Of a stretch of DNA of 32,746 nucleotides, positions 20,197-32,215 are shown piece by piece (positions within the stretch are counted from its first letter, which is position 1; the number at the start of each line of letters is the position of its first letter). The translations under genes and the position numbers were made by a program. Source of the stretch: Octopus bimaculoides (taxonomy: Eukaryota); contig NC_068983.1 of NCBI RefSeq assembly GCF_001194135.2, positions 24,685,535 to 24,718,280 of the forward strand, given 5' to 3'. The notes beneath the pieces are model-generated. The model made no database searches. It saw only the letters and a program-made list of their open reading frames with translations, and had not been told where the DNA came from.

Positions 20197-20892
20197 TAGT
20201 TTTATTTTTATAACGTGCTTTCACNNNNNNNNNNNNNNNNNNNNNNNNNNNNNNNNNNNNNNNNNNNNNNNNNNNNNNNNNNNNNNNNNNNNNNNNNNNN
20301 NNNNNNNNNNNNNNNNNNNNNNNNNNNNNNNNNNNNNNNNNNNNNNNNNNNNNNNNNNNNNNNNNNNNNNNNNNNNNNNNNNNNNNNNNNNNNNNNNNNN
20401 NNNNNNNNNNNNNNNNNNNNNNNNNNNNNNNNNNNNNNNNNNNNNNNNNNNNNNNNNNNNNNNNNNNNNNNNNNNNNNNNNNNNNNNNNNNNNNNNNNNN
20501 NNNNNNNNNNNNNNNNNNNNNNNNNNNNNNNNNNNNNNNNNNNNNNNNNNNNNNNNNNNNNNNNNNNNNNNNNNNNNNNNNNNNNNNNNNNNNNNNNNNN
20601 NNNNNNNNNNNNNNNNNNNNNNNNNNNNNNNNNNNNNNNNNNNNNNNNNNNNNNNNNNNNNNNNNNNNNNNNNNNNNNNNNNNNNNNNNNNNNNNNNNNN
20701 NNNNNNNNNNNNNNNNNNNNNNNNNNNNNNNNNNNNNNNNNNNNNNNNNNNNNNNNNNNNNNNNNNNNNNNNNNNNNNNNNNNNNNNNNNNNNNNNNNNN
20801 NNNNNNNNNNNNNNNNNNNNNNNNNNNNNNNNNNNNNNNNNNNNNNNNNNNNNNNNNNNNNNNNNNNNNNNNNNNNNNNNNNNNNNNNNNNN

Positions 20893-20977
<85 letters not shown>

Positions 20978-21220
20978 GGCAGTGAGCTGGCAGAATCGTT
21001 AGCACACCAGGCGAAATGCTTAGCGGTATTTCGTCTGTCTTTACCTTCTGAGTTCAAATTCCGCCAAGGTTGACTTTGACTTTCATCCTTTCATGGTCGA
21101 TAAATGAAGTATCAGTTGAGCACTGAGGTTGATGTAATCAACTAGTCTCCCCCGCAAAAAAATTTCAGGCCTTGTGCCTATAGTAGAAAGGATTATTATT
21201 GTAGTAGTAGTAGTAGTAGT
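20978..21220 (+). mobile_element. SINE family C
   Basis: GGCAGTGAGCTGGCAGAATCGTTAGCAC...TAGTAGAAAGGATTATT. Confidence 0.9.
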
Positions 21221-21306
21221 AGTCGTAGTAGTAGTAGTAGTAGTAGTAGTATAATAAGTCTCGGGCCAGCCTTGTTCAACTAGACCTAAATAATAATAAC
21301 AACAAC

Positions 21307-21520
21307 CCTTTCTACTATAGGTACTAGGCCTGAAATTTTGAGGGAGGGAGTTAGTCGACTACATTGACCCCATTGTTCAACTCATACTTATTTCAATGAC
21401 CCAGACAGGATGAAAGGTGAAGTTGACCTCAGTGGAATTTGAACCCAGAATGTAAAGACAGTCAAAATGCCACTAACCATTTTGTCCAGCTTGCTAATGA
21501 TTCTGCCAGCTTACCTCCTT
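21307..21520 (-). mobile_element. SINE family C, inverted relative to 20978-21220
   Basis: CCTTTCTACTATAGG...TGCTAATGATTCTGCCAGCT. Confidence 0.85.
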
Positions 21521-21536
21521 AGTAGTAGTAGGAGTG

Positions 21537-21592
<56 letters not shown>

Positions 21593-21808
21593 GGTTTTAA
21601 ATTTTGGCACAAAGCCAGCAATTTTGGGGGAGGAGGTAGGTAGCTGGTTTCATCGACCCCAGTGGTCAACTGGTACTTGTCTTATTGAGCCCAAAAGGGT
21701 GAAAGACAAAGTTGACTTCGATGGAATTTGAACTCAGAACACAGAGATAGAGGAAATACTGCTAAGCATTTCGCCTAGCTTGCTAACAGCACTACCAGCT
21801 CACTGCTT

Positions 21809-21839
<31 letters not shown>

Positions 21840-21864
21840 TGTGGTAGTGGTGGTGGTGGTGGTC

Positions 21865-21903
<39 letters not shown>

Positions 21904-22017
21904 TTAGTAGTAGTAGTAGTCGTGGTGGTGGTGGTAGTAGTAGTAGTAGTGATGGTGGTGGTTGTGATGGTAGTAGTAGTAGTAGTGGTGGTGGTGGTGG
22001 TAGTCGTAGTAGTAGTG

Positions 22018-22078
<61 letters not shown>

Positions 22079-22108
22079 TAGTAGTAGTAGTGGTGGTGGT
22101 GGTGGTAA
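21520..22108. repeat. (TAG)n/(TGG)n trinucleotide microsatellite blocks around SINE C copies
   Basis: Direct reading: 21521-21595 and 21808-22108. Confidence 0.95.
21598..21808 (-). mobile_element. SINE family C
   Basis: ...GAATTTGAACTCAGAAC...CCAGCTCAC. Confidence 0.8.
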
Positions 22109-22580
22109 TGAGCTTATTGTATATAGAGCTGACTACAACTTGTCAGAAATGGGTAAAAGAAGGAACAAAAAGCAGTAATAAGTCAAAAAGAAAGACAGCA
22201 AAATAGTGCATGTACAGTACACAGAATAAAATGAAGGAAAAAAAAAGAAAGAAAGAAGTGAGCAGTAAAAGAGCTATAAAGAGAAAAGGGCACATTGGCA
22301 CATCAGGAGTGGTGTTGGCAAATTTTAGGATCCGTGGGATTTTTGAAGGATGGAATTTTGTGACAGCTATCAACTAAAACAGGTATTTTATGTCATGTTT
22401 CAGCAATTCTGAGCATGGAAAAATGTTTCTGAAAGTCATAGGTGCAGCTCTGCTTTTTGATTTTTATAAGCAGAAACAGAGATATTCTAGCTGGAACCAT
22501 TCTGTCTTTCCAGAAAGAATATATCCAGGATTACATAACCCAATATATCCTTTGCTTTTTTGTTTTTTTCCTGTTTTTAA

Positions 22581-23126
22581 CCCTTTAGCATTTAAACCGA
22601 CCATATCCAGCCCAAATATTCTGTAAATAAACAATCATATCCTCAAAATCTCTAAACTAGAAGATAATACAGGATTAATTTTTAAATGTGAATGAGGCGC
22701 AGGAGTGGCTGTGTGGTTAGTAGCTTGCTTACCAACCACATGGTTCCGGGTTCAGTCCCACTGTGTGGCACCTTGGGTAAGTGTCTTCTACTATAGCCTC
22801 AGGCTGACCAAAGCCTTGTGAGTGGATTTGGTAGACGGAAACTGAAAGAAGCCCGTCATATGTATGCATATGTGTATGTTTGTGTGTCTGTGTTTGTCCC
22901 TCCAACATCGCTTGACAACCGATGCTGGTGTGTTACTTAGCAGTTGGCCAAAAAAGATTGACAGAATAAGTACTAGGCTTACAAAGAATAAGTCCTGGGG
23001 TCGATTTGCTCGACTAAAGGTGGTGTTCCAGCATGGCCACAGTCAAATGACTAAAACAAGTAAAAGAGTAGAAAGTAAAGAGGGAGTAAATTTCACATTT
23101 GACAGAGTAATCTGAATGCTAAAGGG
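22581..23126. mobile_element. piggyBac-type MITE with a nested SINE
   Basis: TTAA|CCCTTTAGCATT ... AATGCTAAAGGG|TTAA: perfect 12 bp TIR, with TTAA at 22577-22580 and 23127-23130. Confidence 0.85.
22694..23080 (+). mobile_element. SINE family B, full length, nested in the piggyBac MITE
   Basis: Colinear with 7365-7757. Confidence 0.9.
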
Positions 23127-23574
23127 TTAAATATGTGTGAGATTTGAGGGAAATTTGGCTGTTTTTTCTAGCTATTTGAACCACTACATAGTTTGTCTGA
23201 TTGAGTCATATGCCACAGAATAAGTATATACAAAAGTGTAAATAATTATTTTCTTAGTTGCTGAATTGTCTCTGTTCCTTCATTCTAGCTGGACCCTGCC
23301 ATCCTCTTAACACTGTTGCAAATAATAACCCTGCCTTCATAGTTCTGAGAAGTCCATCTCTTAGGCAGTGTACCTCCTGGTCTGATGTTTGGGAAGTCTA
23401 AGTAGAATGCTAGTACTACATAGTTACTGTGTGGCCTTCTTTATTACAAGGATGAGCAATTTTAGTATCTTCCTTCTTATTACTTTGCGTTAATGAATAC
23501 ATGAAAGCAATTATATGTATATAAATATGTCTGTACATATATAAATATATAAATATAAATATATAAATATATCA

Positions 23575-23888
23575 TTTCATCATCATCATCATCGTTTAAC
23601 GTCCGCTTTCCATGCTAGCATGGGTTGGACAGTTTGACTGAGGACTGGTGAAACCGGATGGCAACACCAGGCTCCAATCTGATTTGGCACAGTTTCTACA
23701 GCTGGATGCCCTTCCTAACACCAACCACTCAGAGAGTGTAGTGGGTGCTTTTACGTGTCACCTGCACGAAGGCCAGTCAGGCGGTACTGGCAACGGCCAT
23801 GCTCAAAATGGTGCATTTTATGTGCCACCTGCACAAGAGCCAGTCCAGGGGCACTGGCAACGATCTTGCTCGAAAATCCTACGAAGCC
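23575..23888 (-). mobile_element. Retroposon family D
   Basis: Colinear with 10602-10965; flanked by an exact 30 bp direct repeat (23519-23548, 23891-23920). Confidence 0.9.
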
Positions 23889-23975
23889 AAATATAAATAT
23901 GTCTGTACATATATAAATATGTCTGTACATATATATATGTGTGTGTACATATAAATACATATATGTATGTGTGTG

Positions 23976-25548
23976 TGTGTCCCACATTATTAGGCAAATC
24001 AACTTTCTCTCAATAAACAAATGTATATTCGTACAAAACCAGTTATTTTCCCACTGACTGTTGGCAACATCTCTCTGCACACATTCTGTTAAAATAAATC
24101 GGATCAGTGCAGATGCTAGCAAATGACAGCCATTTTTGTGATTGGGCAACATTTTCACCATCACAAATTATTAGGCAAGTAATAACAAAAATGATAATTG
24201 TGTCAGAACAAATATTTATTTAATTCAACAGTAAAGGTTTAACAAAAAAATTATTCATAAAGGACTTAATGGTAAACATAATAATACATTCGAATGAGAA
24301 TAATCATAGGATTATGATGTCATACGGCTGTTTGATATATGGTCCTCCTCATGCAATAACCTTCCTTATGTGCTGATCCATTGAATTTATCAAGGTGATG
24401 ATATCTTCTTGTGTCATGCTTTGAGCAGCATCTACAATAGCATCCCAGAGGGAAACTTTACTTGAAAACTGCCATCCATCTTGGTAAACGCACTGCTTCA
24501 GGAAACTCCACAGGTTCTCGATAAGGTTTAAGTCAGGGGAACAAGGTGGCTTCTCCATCAAACGACCTCCAGAGAAGCTTATTTGTTGCAAGTATTCCTT
24601 AGAATTCTTCGCTGCATGAGACAGGGCATCATCTTGCATGAAAGCTTTTGCCTTTTGAACCACGGTTGGAAATTGTCCTTTAAGAAGGTAACATATGCTT
24701 TTGATATCATCTTAATGCCATCTAGGACTTCCCATGGCCTGACCATCATACCACCAATGATGCCAGCCCAAAACATGACACCACCTCCTCCCTGTTGGTG
24801 TCTCAAATGATGAGGACGATTCCTGATGATTGATACCCAACCTTTACTCCAGCCATCAGGTCCATCAAGGGTAGCATGGCATTCGTCAGTGAACAGAACT
24901 ATTGAAAAGTCTATCTTCGTGTACTCTTCTGCCCATTTCAGTCTCTTCTGCTTATGAACAACCTTCAGTGGGGTGGGGGGGCTTTGCAACAGGTTTAATA
25001 TTCCTGGCTACCTGCTTCAAGAGGTGACACCTAGTAGTCTTCAATACATCTTTCCTGTCACAATGTTTGAAGATTTCATACTTGTCAGACACGGGTTCTG
25101 CACAGTTTCTCTTTTCACACTTGACAAAGTATGATTCGAAGCAGCCCTCGACTCACTCTTATCTGCCCTCGACCGAACAGAAATAGGCAATTGCACAAAT
25201 TTCTTCACTGCTCAGTGATCTTTTCCCAGTATTTTTGATATTTCTATGTTTGTTTTTCATTTCCCAAGCTCTGACACGGTGATAGACTTCTCGTTTGAGA
25301 TAAGATCACGTTTCTGACCCATAATGACCCTTAATTGGGCACTTGCTTAATAATTTGGGACAGCAGAAATGTTGCTGCTACACAATAATGGCTGCCGCTT
25401 GTTTCTGTCTGCGCAGATCCGATTTATTTTAACAGAATTTATGCAGATTGGTGTTACCAGCTGTAAGTGGGAAAACAACTGGTTTTGAAAACGAATATTC
25501 ATTTGTCTATTGAGAGAAGGTTGATTTGCCTAATAATGTGGGACACAA
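23976..25548 (-). mobile_element. Decayed full-length (about 1.57 kb) Tc1-like DNA transposon, DD37E (TRT-like), with about 200 bp IR/DR-type TIRs
   Basis: Imperfect inverted repeats at about 23976-24180 and 25341-25548 enclose a broken transposase frame. Both ends sit in (TG)/(CA) microsatellites, so the TA TSD cannot be resolved. Confidence 0.9.
24330..25322 (-). pseudogene. Tc1-family DD37E transposase pseudogene
   Basis: ATG at 25322 gives MGQKRDLISNEKS... (HTH-like N-terminus with stops), then VLFTDECHATLDGPDGW, QQGGGGVMFWAGI, and MQDDALSH...PPCSPDLNLIENLW. There are 37 residues between the second D and the E. Premature stops and frameshifts are present. Confidence 0.9.
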
Positions 25549-25579
25549 TACACACACACACACACACACACATATGTAT

Positions 25580-25614
<35 letters not shown>

Positions 25615-27379
25615 TATGTATACACGCACACATGCACAAATTAGCCTAATGCGGTGATGAGGATATCTCAATGTGGTTGTTTGACCAGCTAGAAATAATA
25701 GCCAAATCTCTCTCTAATCATACTTTACATCTTGAAAATAAAGGGAAGGATTTGTTGGAAAACATAGACCTAGACACAGTATGTTGGGGCAATGGAAGCT
25801 TGGAATGGTTTAGCAGGAATTCCTTTGAGACAGCATTGCTTGATAAACAACACCACCAACAAGAAGAGCAGCAACAGCTAATGATATAATCACTGCATCT
25901 AAATAATTTATGAAGTTGCAGGTAATTGCAATTTTAAGTGTATGAGATATATTGGTTAAGAGTATAAGGTGGTAGGTAACTCACCTCATAGTTATAAGTT
26001 CAGACCTTATAACAGTCATGCTGTGCACTTCATTAAAAAGAAACAAGGATGCTTGCTCTAGCTTGATGGAACAGATAGAACTACAGACCCCTTCCCCCCT
26101 GCTCTACTTCTTCATAATTATGTAGTTAGAAGCGCGAAGGGCATCCTACTTTTAAAATATTGTTGCGACAAATAAATTATGTGAGCAGGGAATGAAAAAG
26201 AAAATAGTAAAAGAGTTTAAAAAAGAAGCATTTATTAAAATCTGAAGAGTTTAAATATTTTATTTCATGTGATAGTTAGAAACCCATAAATAGCATGGTT
26301 GTTGTTTGAATAGAAAATGAATACTTTGCTGGATTTTCTAAAAGGCTCTGTTACAGTTGTTATAATCAGATAAATCACTTAACACACAGTGCTGATTTTC
26401 TTAATGGCTGAGAGCAAAACAGCTGCTTGATGCCTGCACAGAAGAATCTATAGAAGAATCTTAGAAATCAGCAATCTAAGAATCCTTAATTTGAGATACA
26501 CAAGCTATCTTTTCTTCATCCACGTCCATGGGAAAAAAAACCTTCAGCTGTTTTGGTAAAGAAAAGACTCATTCACCAACACACTCAAAACTGCCATGTA
26601 GTTGGTTTTTCATGCCAGAATTATTTCTCAAATCTCCCTCTGACTACACCCACCTCTCCATTGCTACCACGACAGTCTGTTTTGAAAAACAAACTTAAGT
26701 GAATTCAGACCAGTTTTCCNNNNNNNNNNNNNNNNNNNNNNNNNNNNNNNNNNNNNNNNNNNNNNNNNNNNNNNNNNNNNNNNNNNNNNNNNNNNNNNNN
26801 NNNNNNNNNNNNNNNNNNNNNNNNNNNNNNNNNNNNNNNNNNNNNNNNNNNNNNNNNNNNNNNNNNNNNNNNNNNNNNNNNNNNNNNNNNNNNNNNNNNN
26901 NNNNNNNNNNNNNNNNNNNNNNNNNNNNNNNNNNNNNNNNNNNNNNNNNNNNNNNNNNNNNNNNNNNNNNNNNNNNNNNNNNNNNNNNNNNNNNNNNNNN
27001 NNNNNNNNNNNNNNNNNNNNNNNNNNNNNNNNNNNNNNNNNNNNNNNNNNNNNNNNNNNNNNNNNNNNNNNNNNNNNNNNNNNNNNNNNNNNNNNNNNNN
27101 NNNNNNNNNNNNNNNNNNNNNNNNNNNNNNNNNNNNNNNNNNNNNNNNNNNNNNNNNNNNNNNNNNNNNNNNNNNNNNNNNNNNNNNNNNNNNNNNNNNN
27201 NNNNNNNNNNNNNNNNNNNNNNNNNNNNNNNNNNNNNNNNNNNNNNNNNNNNNNNNNNNNNNNNNNNNNNNNNNNNNNNNNNNNNNNNNNNNNNNNNNNN
27301 NNNNNNNNNNNNNNNNNNNNNNNNNNNNNNNNNNNNNNNNNNNNNNNNNNNNNNNNNNNNNATACATACTTATATACGA

Positions 27380-27541
27380 TAGGCTTTTTTTAGTTTCTGT
27401 CTACCAAATCTACTCACAAGGCTTTGGTCAGCCCGAGGCTATAGTAGAAGACACTTGCCCAAGGTGCCACACAGTGAGACTGAACCCGGAGCCATGTGGT
27501 TGGTAAGCAAGCTACTTACCACACAGCCACTCCTGTGCCTA
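27380..27541 (-). mobile_element. SINE family B 5' half
   Basis: ...GACACTTGCCCAAGGTGCCAC...CTTACCACACAGCCACTCCTG. Confidence 0.85.
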
Positions 27542-27719
27542 TTTGCTACAAATTTTTAAAAAATTAGTGAACACTGAAAGGATTACTGATTCTTTTTGTT
27601 TCTGTAGATGTAAACTTAGAAATTTTTATTTGATAAAAAAAAAAAACCTATTTCATTTTATTTTTTATGACTTTGTGTTGTACCCTTCATTGATCAAGTC
27701 AATAGCAAATAAAAGCAAG

Positions 27720-28435
27720 TGATGAAACCGTTCTGCAAGTTCTTATTCAGTGTCTGGGCATTGCTGACTTGTGGGGGTTATGTTGAACAGCTGCTGTCTT
27801 GTGTGGGACGGATCTTTCTGTCAGCTGAGACTAGTGATGATTGCACCACTGCCCTCCTTCAATCGGGCAGGCAAGGTAGTTTTCCTTTGCCTGTTGGCTG
27901 CGATGAAACAAGTTGTTTGGTGGACAAGGCTGAAAGGTATGAGGACAGATACATTCCTCATTGGTAGAGTTCTCATTGACTTCAAGTTTCACTTGAAAAG
28001 GAAATTGAGAGTGGAGAAGGAAGTGCTGTCCTTGAGTGAGTTTATTGAAAGGTGGATAAAAGTTGTGAAAAGGGCAAGAGTAGATGGTACCTCTCTAAGT
28101 GTAGACCTGTGAGTCAGAGAGAAGGAATTGGAGAGAGCACTTGCTCCTAGGGTTTCAGGGAAATCTTGGACAGTGGGGTTCCTCGATTATCCCTCGAGGC
28201 ATTCCTGTCTCAGAAGGGCCACATTTCTATCATCCCTTCCCCATCATTTTTCCTTTTTACCTTTGTACGCTAAGCATATGTTCCTTCTTTTCCAGTGTAT
28301 GCCATATATACTTTTTTTTTATCATTTCACTATTATATGTAAACCCCCACACTTTATATCTGTCTTTGTACTGTCCCCCTCATCCTTTACCCTTGTGACA
28401 AATAAATGAAATCATTGTTATTATTATTATTAAAG
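27720..28435 (+). mobile_element. 3' fragment of an L1/Tx1-type LINE (ORF2 C-terminus, 3' UTR, AATAAA, (ATT)n tail)
   Basis: DETVLQVLIQCLGIADLW resembles the end of the ORF2 zinc knuckle. It continues ...VFLCLLAAMKQVVWWTR...FKFHLKRKLRVEKE...FIERW to a stop at 28112, followed by a pyrimidine-rich UTR, AATAAA near 28400 and an ATT repeat. Confidence 0.65.
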
Positions 28436-28442
28436 AGGGTAA

Positions 28443-28835
28443 AGCGGTGAGCTGGCAGAATTGTTAGCACACTGGGCAAAATGCTTAACTGTATTTCAGC
28501 CATCACTATGTTCTGAGTTCAAATTCCACCATGGTTGACTTTGCCTTTCCTCCTTTCGGGGTTGATAAATTAAGTACCAGTTGATTACAGGGGTCAGTGT
28601 AATCGACTACCCGCTTCCCCAAATTTCAGGCCGCCTTGTGCCTAGAGTAGAAAGGATTATAATTAAAGGGGGTGAGTTGGCAGAGTTATTAGCATTCTGT
28701 TTCGTGGCATTTCGTCTATTTTACGTTCTAAGTTCAAATTTCAGCAAGGTTGACTTTGCCTTTTATTCTCCTCAAGGGTTGATAAAATAACACTGGGGTT
28801 GATGTATTTGTCTTACCCCTCCCCCAAAATTTGAA
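28443..28835 (+). mobile_element. Two tandem SINE family C copies (about 28443-28665 and 28667-28835)
   Basis: Two heads, GCGGTGAGCTGGCAGAA and GGGGTGAGTTGGCAGAG. Confidence 0.85.
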
Positions 28836-28844
<9 letters not shown>

Positions 28845-28934
<90 letters not shown>

Positions 28935-29876
28935 NNNNNNNNNNNNNNNNNNNNNNNNNNNNNNNNNNNNNNNNNNNNNNNNNNNNNNNNNNNNNNNNNN
29001 NNNNNNNNNNNNNNNNNNNNNNNNNNNNNNNNNNNNNNNNNNNNNNNNNNNNNNNNNNNNNNNNNNNNNNNNNNNNNNNNNNNNNNNNNNNNNNNNNNNN
29101 NNNNNNNNNNNNNNNNNNNNNNNNNNNNNNNNNNNNNNNNNNNNNNNNNNNNNNNNNNNNNNNNNNNNNNNNNNNNNNNNNNNNNNNNNNNNNNNNNNNN
29201 NNNNNNNNNNNNNNNNNNNNNNNNNNNNNNNNNNNNNNNNNNNNNNNNNNNNNNNNNNNNNNNNNNNNNNNNNNNNNNNNNNNNNNNNNNNNNNNNNNNN
29301 NNNNNNNNNNNNNNNNNNNNNNNNNNNNNNNNNNNNNNNNNNNNNNNNNNNNNNNNNNNNNNNNNNNNNNNNNNNNNNNNNNNNNNNNNNNNNNNNNNNN
29401 NNNNNNNNNNNNNNNNNNNNNNNNNNNNNNNNNNNNNNNNNNNNNNNNNNNNNNNNNNNNNNNNNNNNNNNNNNNNNNNNNNNNNNNNNNNNNNNNNNNN
29501 NNNNNNNNNNNNNNNNNNNNNNNNNNNNNNNNNNNNNNNNNNNNNNNNNNNNNNNNNNNNNNNNNNNNNNNNNNNNNNNNNNNNNNNNNNNNNNNNNNNN
29601 NNNNNNNNNNNNNNNNNNNNNNNNNNNNNNNNNNNNNNNNNNNNNNNNNNNNNNNNNNNNNNNNNNNNNNNNNNNNNNNNNNNNNNNNNNNNNNNNNNNN
29701 NNNNNNNNNNNNNNNNNNNNNNNNNNNNNNNNNNNNNNNNNNNNNNNNNNNNNNNNNNNNNNNNNNNNNNNNNNNNNNNNNNNNNNNNNNNNNNNNNNNN
29801 NNNNNNNNNNNNNNNNNNNNNNNNNNNNNNNNNNNNNNNNNNNNNNNNNNNNNNNNNNNNNNNNNNNNNNNNNNNN

Positions 29877-29961
<85 letters not shown>
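28845..29961. repeat. (CAT)n microsatellite spanning an N gap
   Basis: CAT repeats on both sides of gap 28935-29876. Confidence 0.9.
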
Positions 29962-29962
<1 letters not shown>

Positions 29963-30180
29963 GGCGGCAAGCTGGCGGAATCATTAGCATACCGGGCCAA
30001 ATGCTTAGCAGTATTTCTCCTGTCACTATGTTCTGAGTTCAAATTCTGCCAAGGTCCACTTTTCCTTTAATCCTTTGGGGGTTGATAAATTAAGTACCAG
30101 TGAAACACTGGGGTTGATGTGATTGACTGTCCCCCTCCCACCAAATCCAGGCCTCGTGCCTTTAGTAGAAAGGATTATTA
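29962..30180 (+). mobile_element. SINE family C
   Basis: GGCGGCAAGCTGGCGGAATC...TAGTAGAAAGGATT(ATT)n. Confidence 0.85.
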
Positions 30181-31812
30181 TTATTATTATTATTATTGTT
30201 ATTATTATGGCTGCCATACTGCAAAGCCATAGAAATTTGGGGCTCTGTAAGTTGAAATAGTGTTTGTAATCTTTTTGGCCTTCTATGGCCCTGTGTTTTT
30301 GCTAATAAAGAAGCCATCATAATGCTCGACAAAGGAACACGTTCCTCATTGGAGAAAAATGAGAACAAAAATGTAGAATGGCTTAAACTTAATGTTTAGA
30401 GACTGTTTCGTCTCTATGCAATGTCAAAACTTTTGGTGATGACAAAGACAACAACAGCAACAGCAGTGACAACAACAACAACGATACTAAAGAAATAAAG
30501 CTTAGAAACATGAATATCACTACTTTGACTGCCACCAAAACTGCCTCCACTGTAATTTCTTTTGTGATTACTGTGAGAAATTTGGAAGATTTCCGCATAG
30601 ATGAAGATTTAATGATAGCAAGGAAAATTGTAAAAAGGAATGGGAGAAGGGTAGTTCTAAACTCTCCATCCATGAATACATTATTAGTGTAGATTATGAT
30701 TATATTGGAATTTGATGTAAAAAAAAAACCCACACAAATTCACACAAAGAGTCTTTCAAACCAAGTACAAAAATGCCCTCACACACACATACATACATAA
30801 TAGATAGAGGTCATCATAAGATTGTTTGTCCTGGCAGTTGTAGATCTCACTACAAAAAAAAAAAAGAAAGAAAAGCAGGGGTAAAGCTCCTTCTCAAGTC
30901 ATATCAAGAACTTTTCAATTTTTTTTTTTTTAGTTTTTCAAATTTTTCAGAAAATGGAAGGAGAGTGGATAATTCACAAACTTCATCAAAATGTATGCGG
31001 AAACAAAATCCAAATGTGTGAATTATTCAACCCACCTCCTGTTTTTTTTTGTCCAGCAAATTCTGATATTATTGCAATTTATACCACCTGAAATGCATTT
31101 TTCGAAGTTTTTATTAAAAAAATATTCAGTTTTCATTGATGTGTGTGAATACCCCTCTCAAATAGTGTTTCACAGTAAATTCCAATATAACCTTAATCGG
31201 CATCTAAAGTTTATATCTGGAAAATTTCATTAAAAAATATGCTTTTTTTTTTCCAGTGAGTTATGAAGAAATAAAATCTGAGACACACTACGCCTGTAGT
31301 TATGTTGAAATCTTAAGTGTTGTTTAACCATCTCTCTTAAGAACTGCAGACATTTATCTACAGAAATATTCCAGCTTTTAATCGGCTGCTGCAATAACGT
31401 GCAACTTCGTCGTCAGAACACCTTCACGACGAACGCGCTTACGCTCTCTCTCTATCTCCCTCTCTCTCTCTCTGTCTCTCTCTCTCTCTCTCTTCTGGTA
31501 TACACAAATACATACGCACACACGCGTTTCCATTATCAAGGGAAGTAACTTTTACTTACTAGGGGAGGTAACTCTGTAATACCTACCTGACACCCAGTTT
31601 CATGGTTTAGTTGTATTATCAGTAATAATGATTTTTCTAACTAATCTCTTAGGAATGCACCTCTTTCTCTTTGTCTTTTCTAAACTAGGTTTTCTTCTTC
31701 TTTCCATACACACACACACATACACATATCGTTTGTAGAAAACATAAATCCGGAGAAGCACACTCTAAGATGTAGAGCAGTGTATATTTTAATATTTTAA
31801 TGGGCCTACCTC

Positions 31813-31871
<59 letters not shown>

Positions 31872-32044
31872 TGGCACTCTGTCAGTTGCGACGAATATTC
31901 CAGTGGATCCATTCAACAGAACAGCCTGCTCGTGAAATTAACGTGCAAGTGGTTGAGCACTCCACAGGCATGTGTACTCTTAACGTAGTTCTCACGAAAA
32001 TTCAATGTGAGACAGAATGTGACAAGGCCGGTCCTTTAAAATAT

Positions 32045-32190
32045 AGCCACTACTCATTGTTGTCAGCTGAGTGGATTGGAGCAACATGAAATAAAGTGTC
32101 TTGCTCAAGGACACAACATGCCACCAGGTATTGAACTCATGACTTTACGATTGTGAGCCGAATGCCCTAACCACTAAGCCACGCACCTTC
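32045..32190 (-). mobile_element. SINE family A (head and core)
   Basis: Reverse complement GAAGGTGCGTGGCTTAGTGGTTAGG...GAGTTCAATACC. Confidence 0.8.
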
Positions 32191-32191
32191 A

Positions 32192-32215
32192 AACCCTAAC
32201 CCTAACCCTAACCCT
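32192..32215 (+). repeat. Four copies of the telomere-type hexamer (AACCCT)4
   Basis: AACCCTAACCCTAACCCTAACCCT, directly abutting the 5' end of a minus-strand SINE A. Confidence 0.9.

Noticed and set aside
21534-22206. Poly-Val and poly-Ser/Gly ORFs
   Set aside because: Translations of (TAG)n/(TGG)n microsatellites.
5609-30042. Long ORFs in the track that are made mostly of X residues
   Set aside because: Artefacts of N gaps, which contain no stop codons.
556-32190. tRNA genes
   Set aside because: All A/B-box heads run into shared SINE bodies, and I could not fold a full cloverleaf from them.
32192-32215. True telomere or chromosome end
   Set aside because: Only four units, embedded between interspersed elements.
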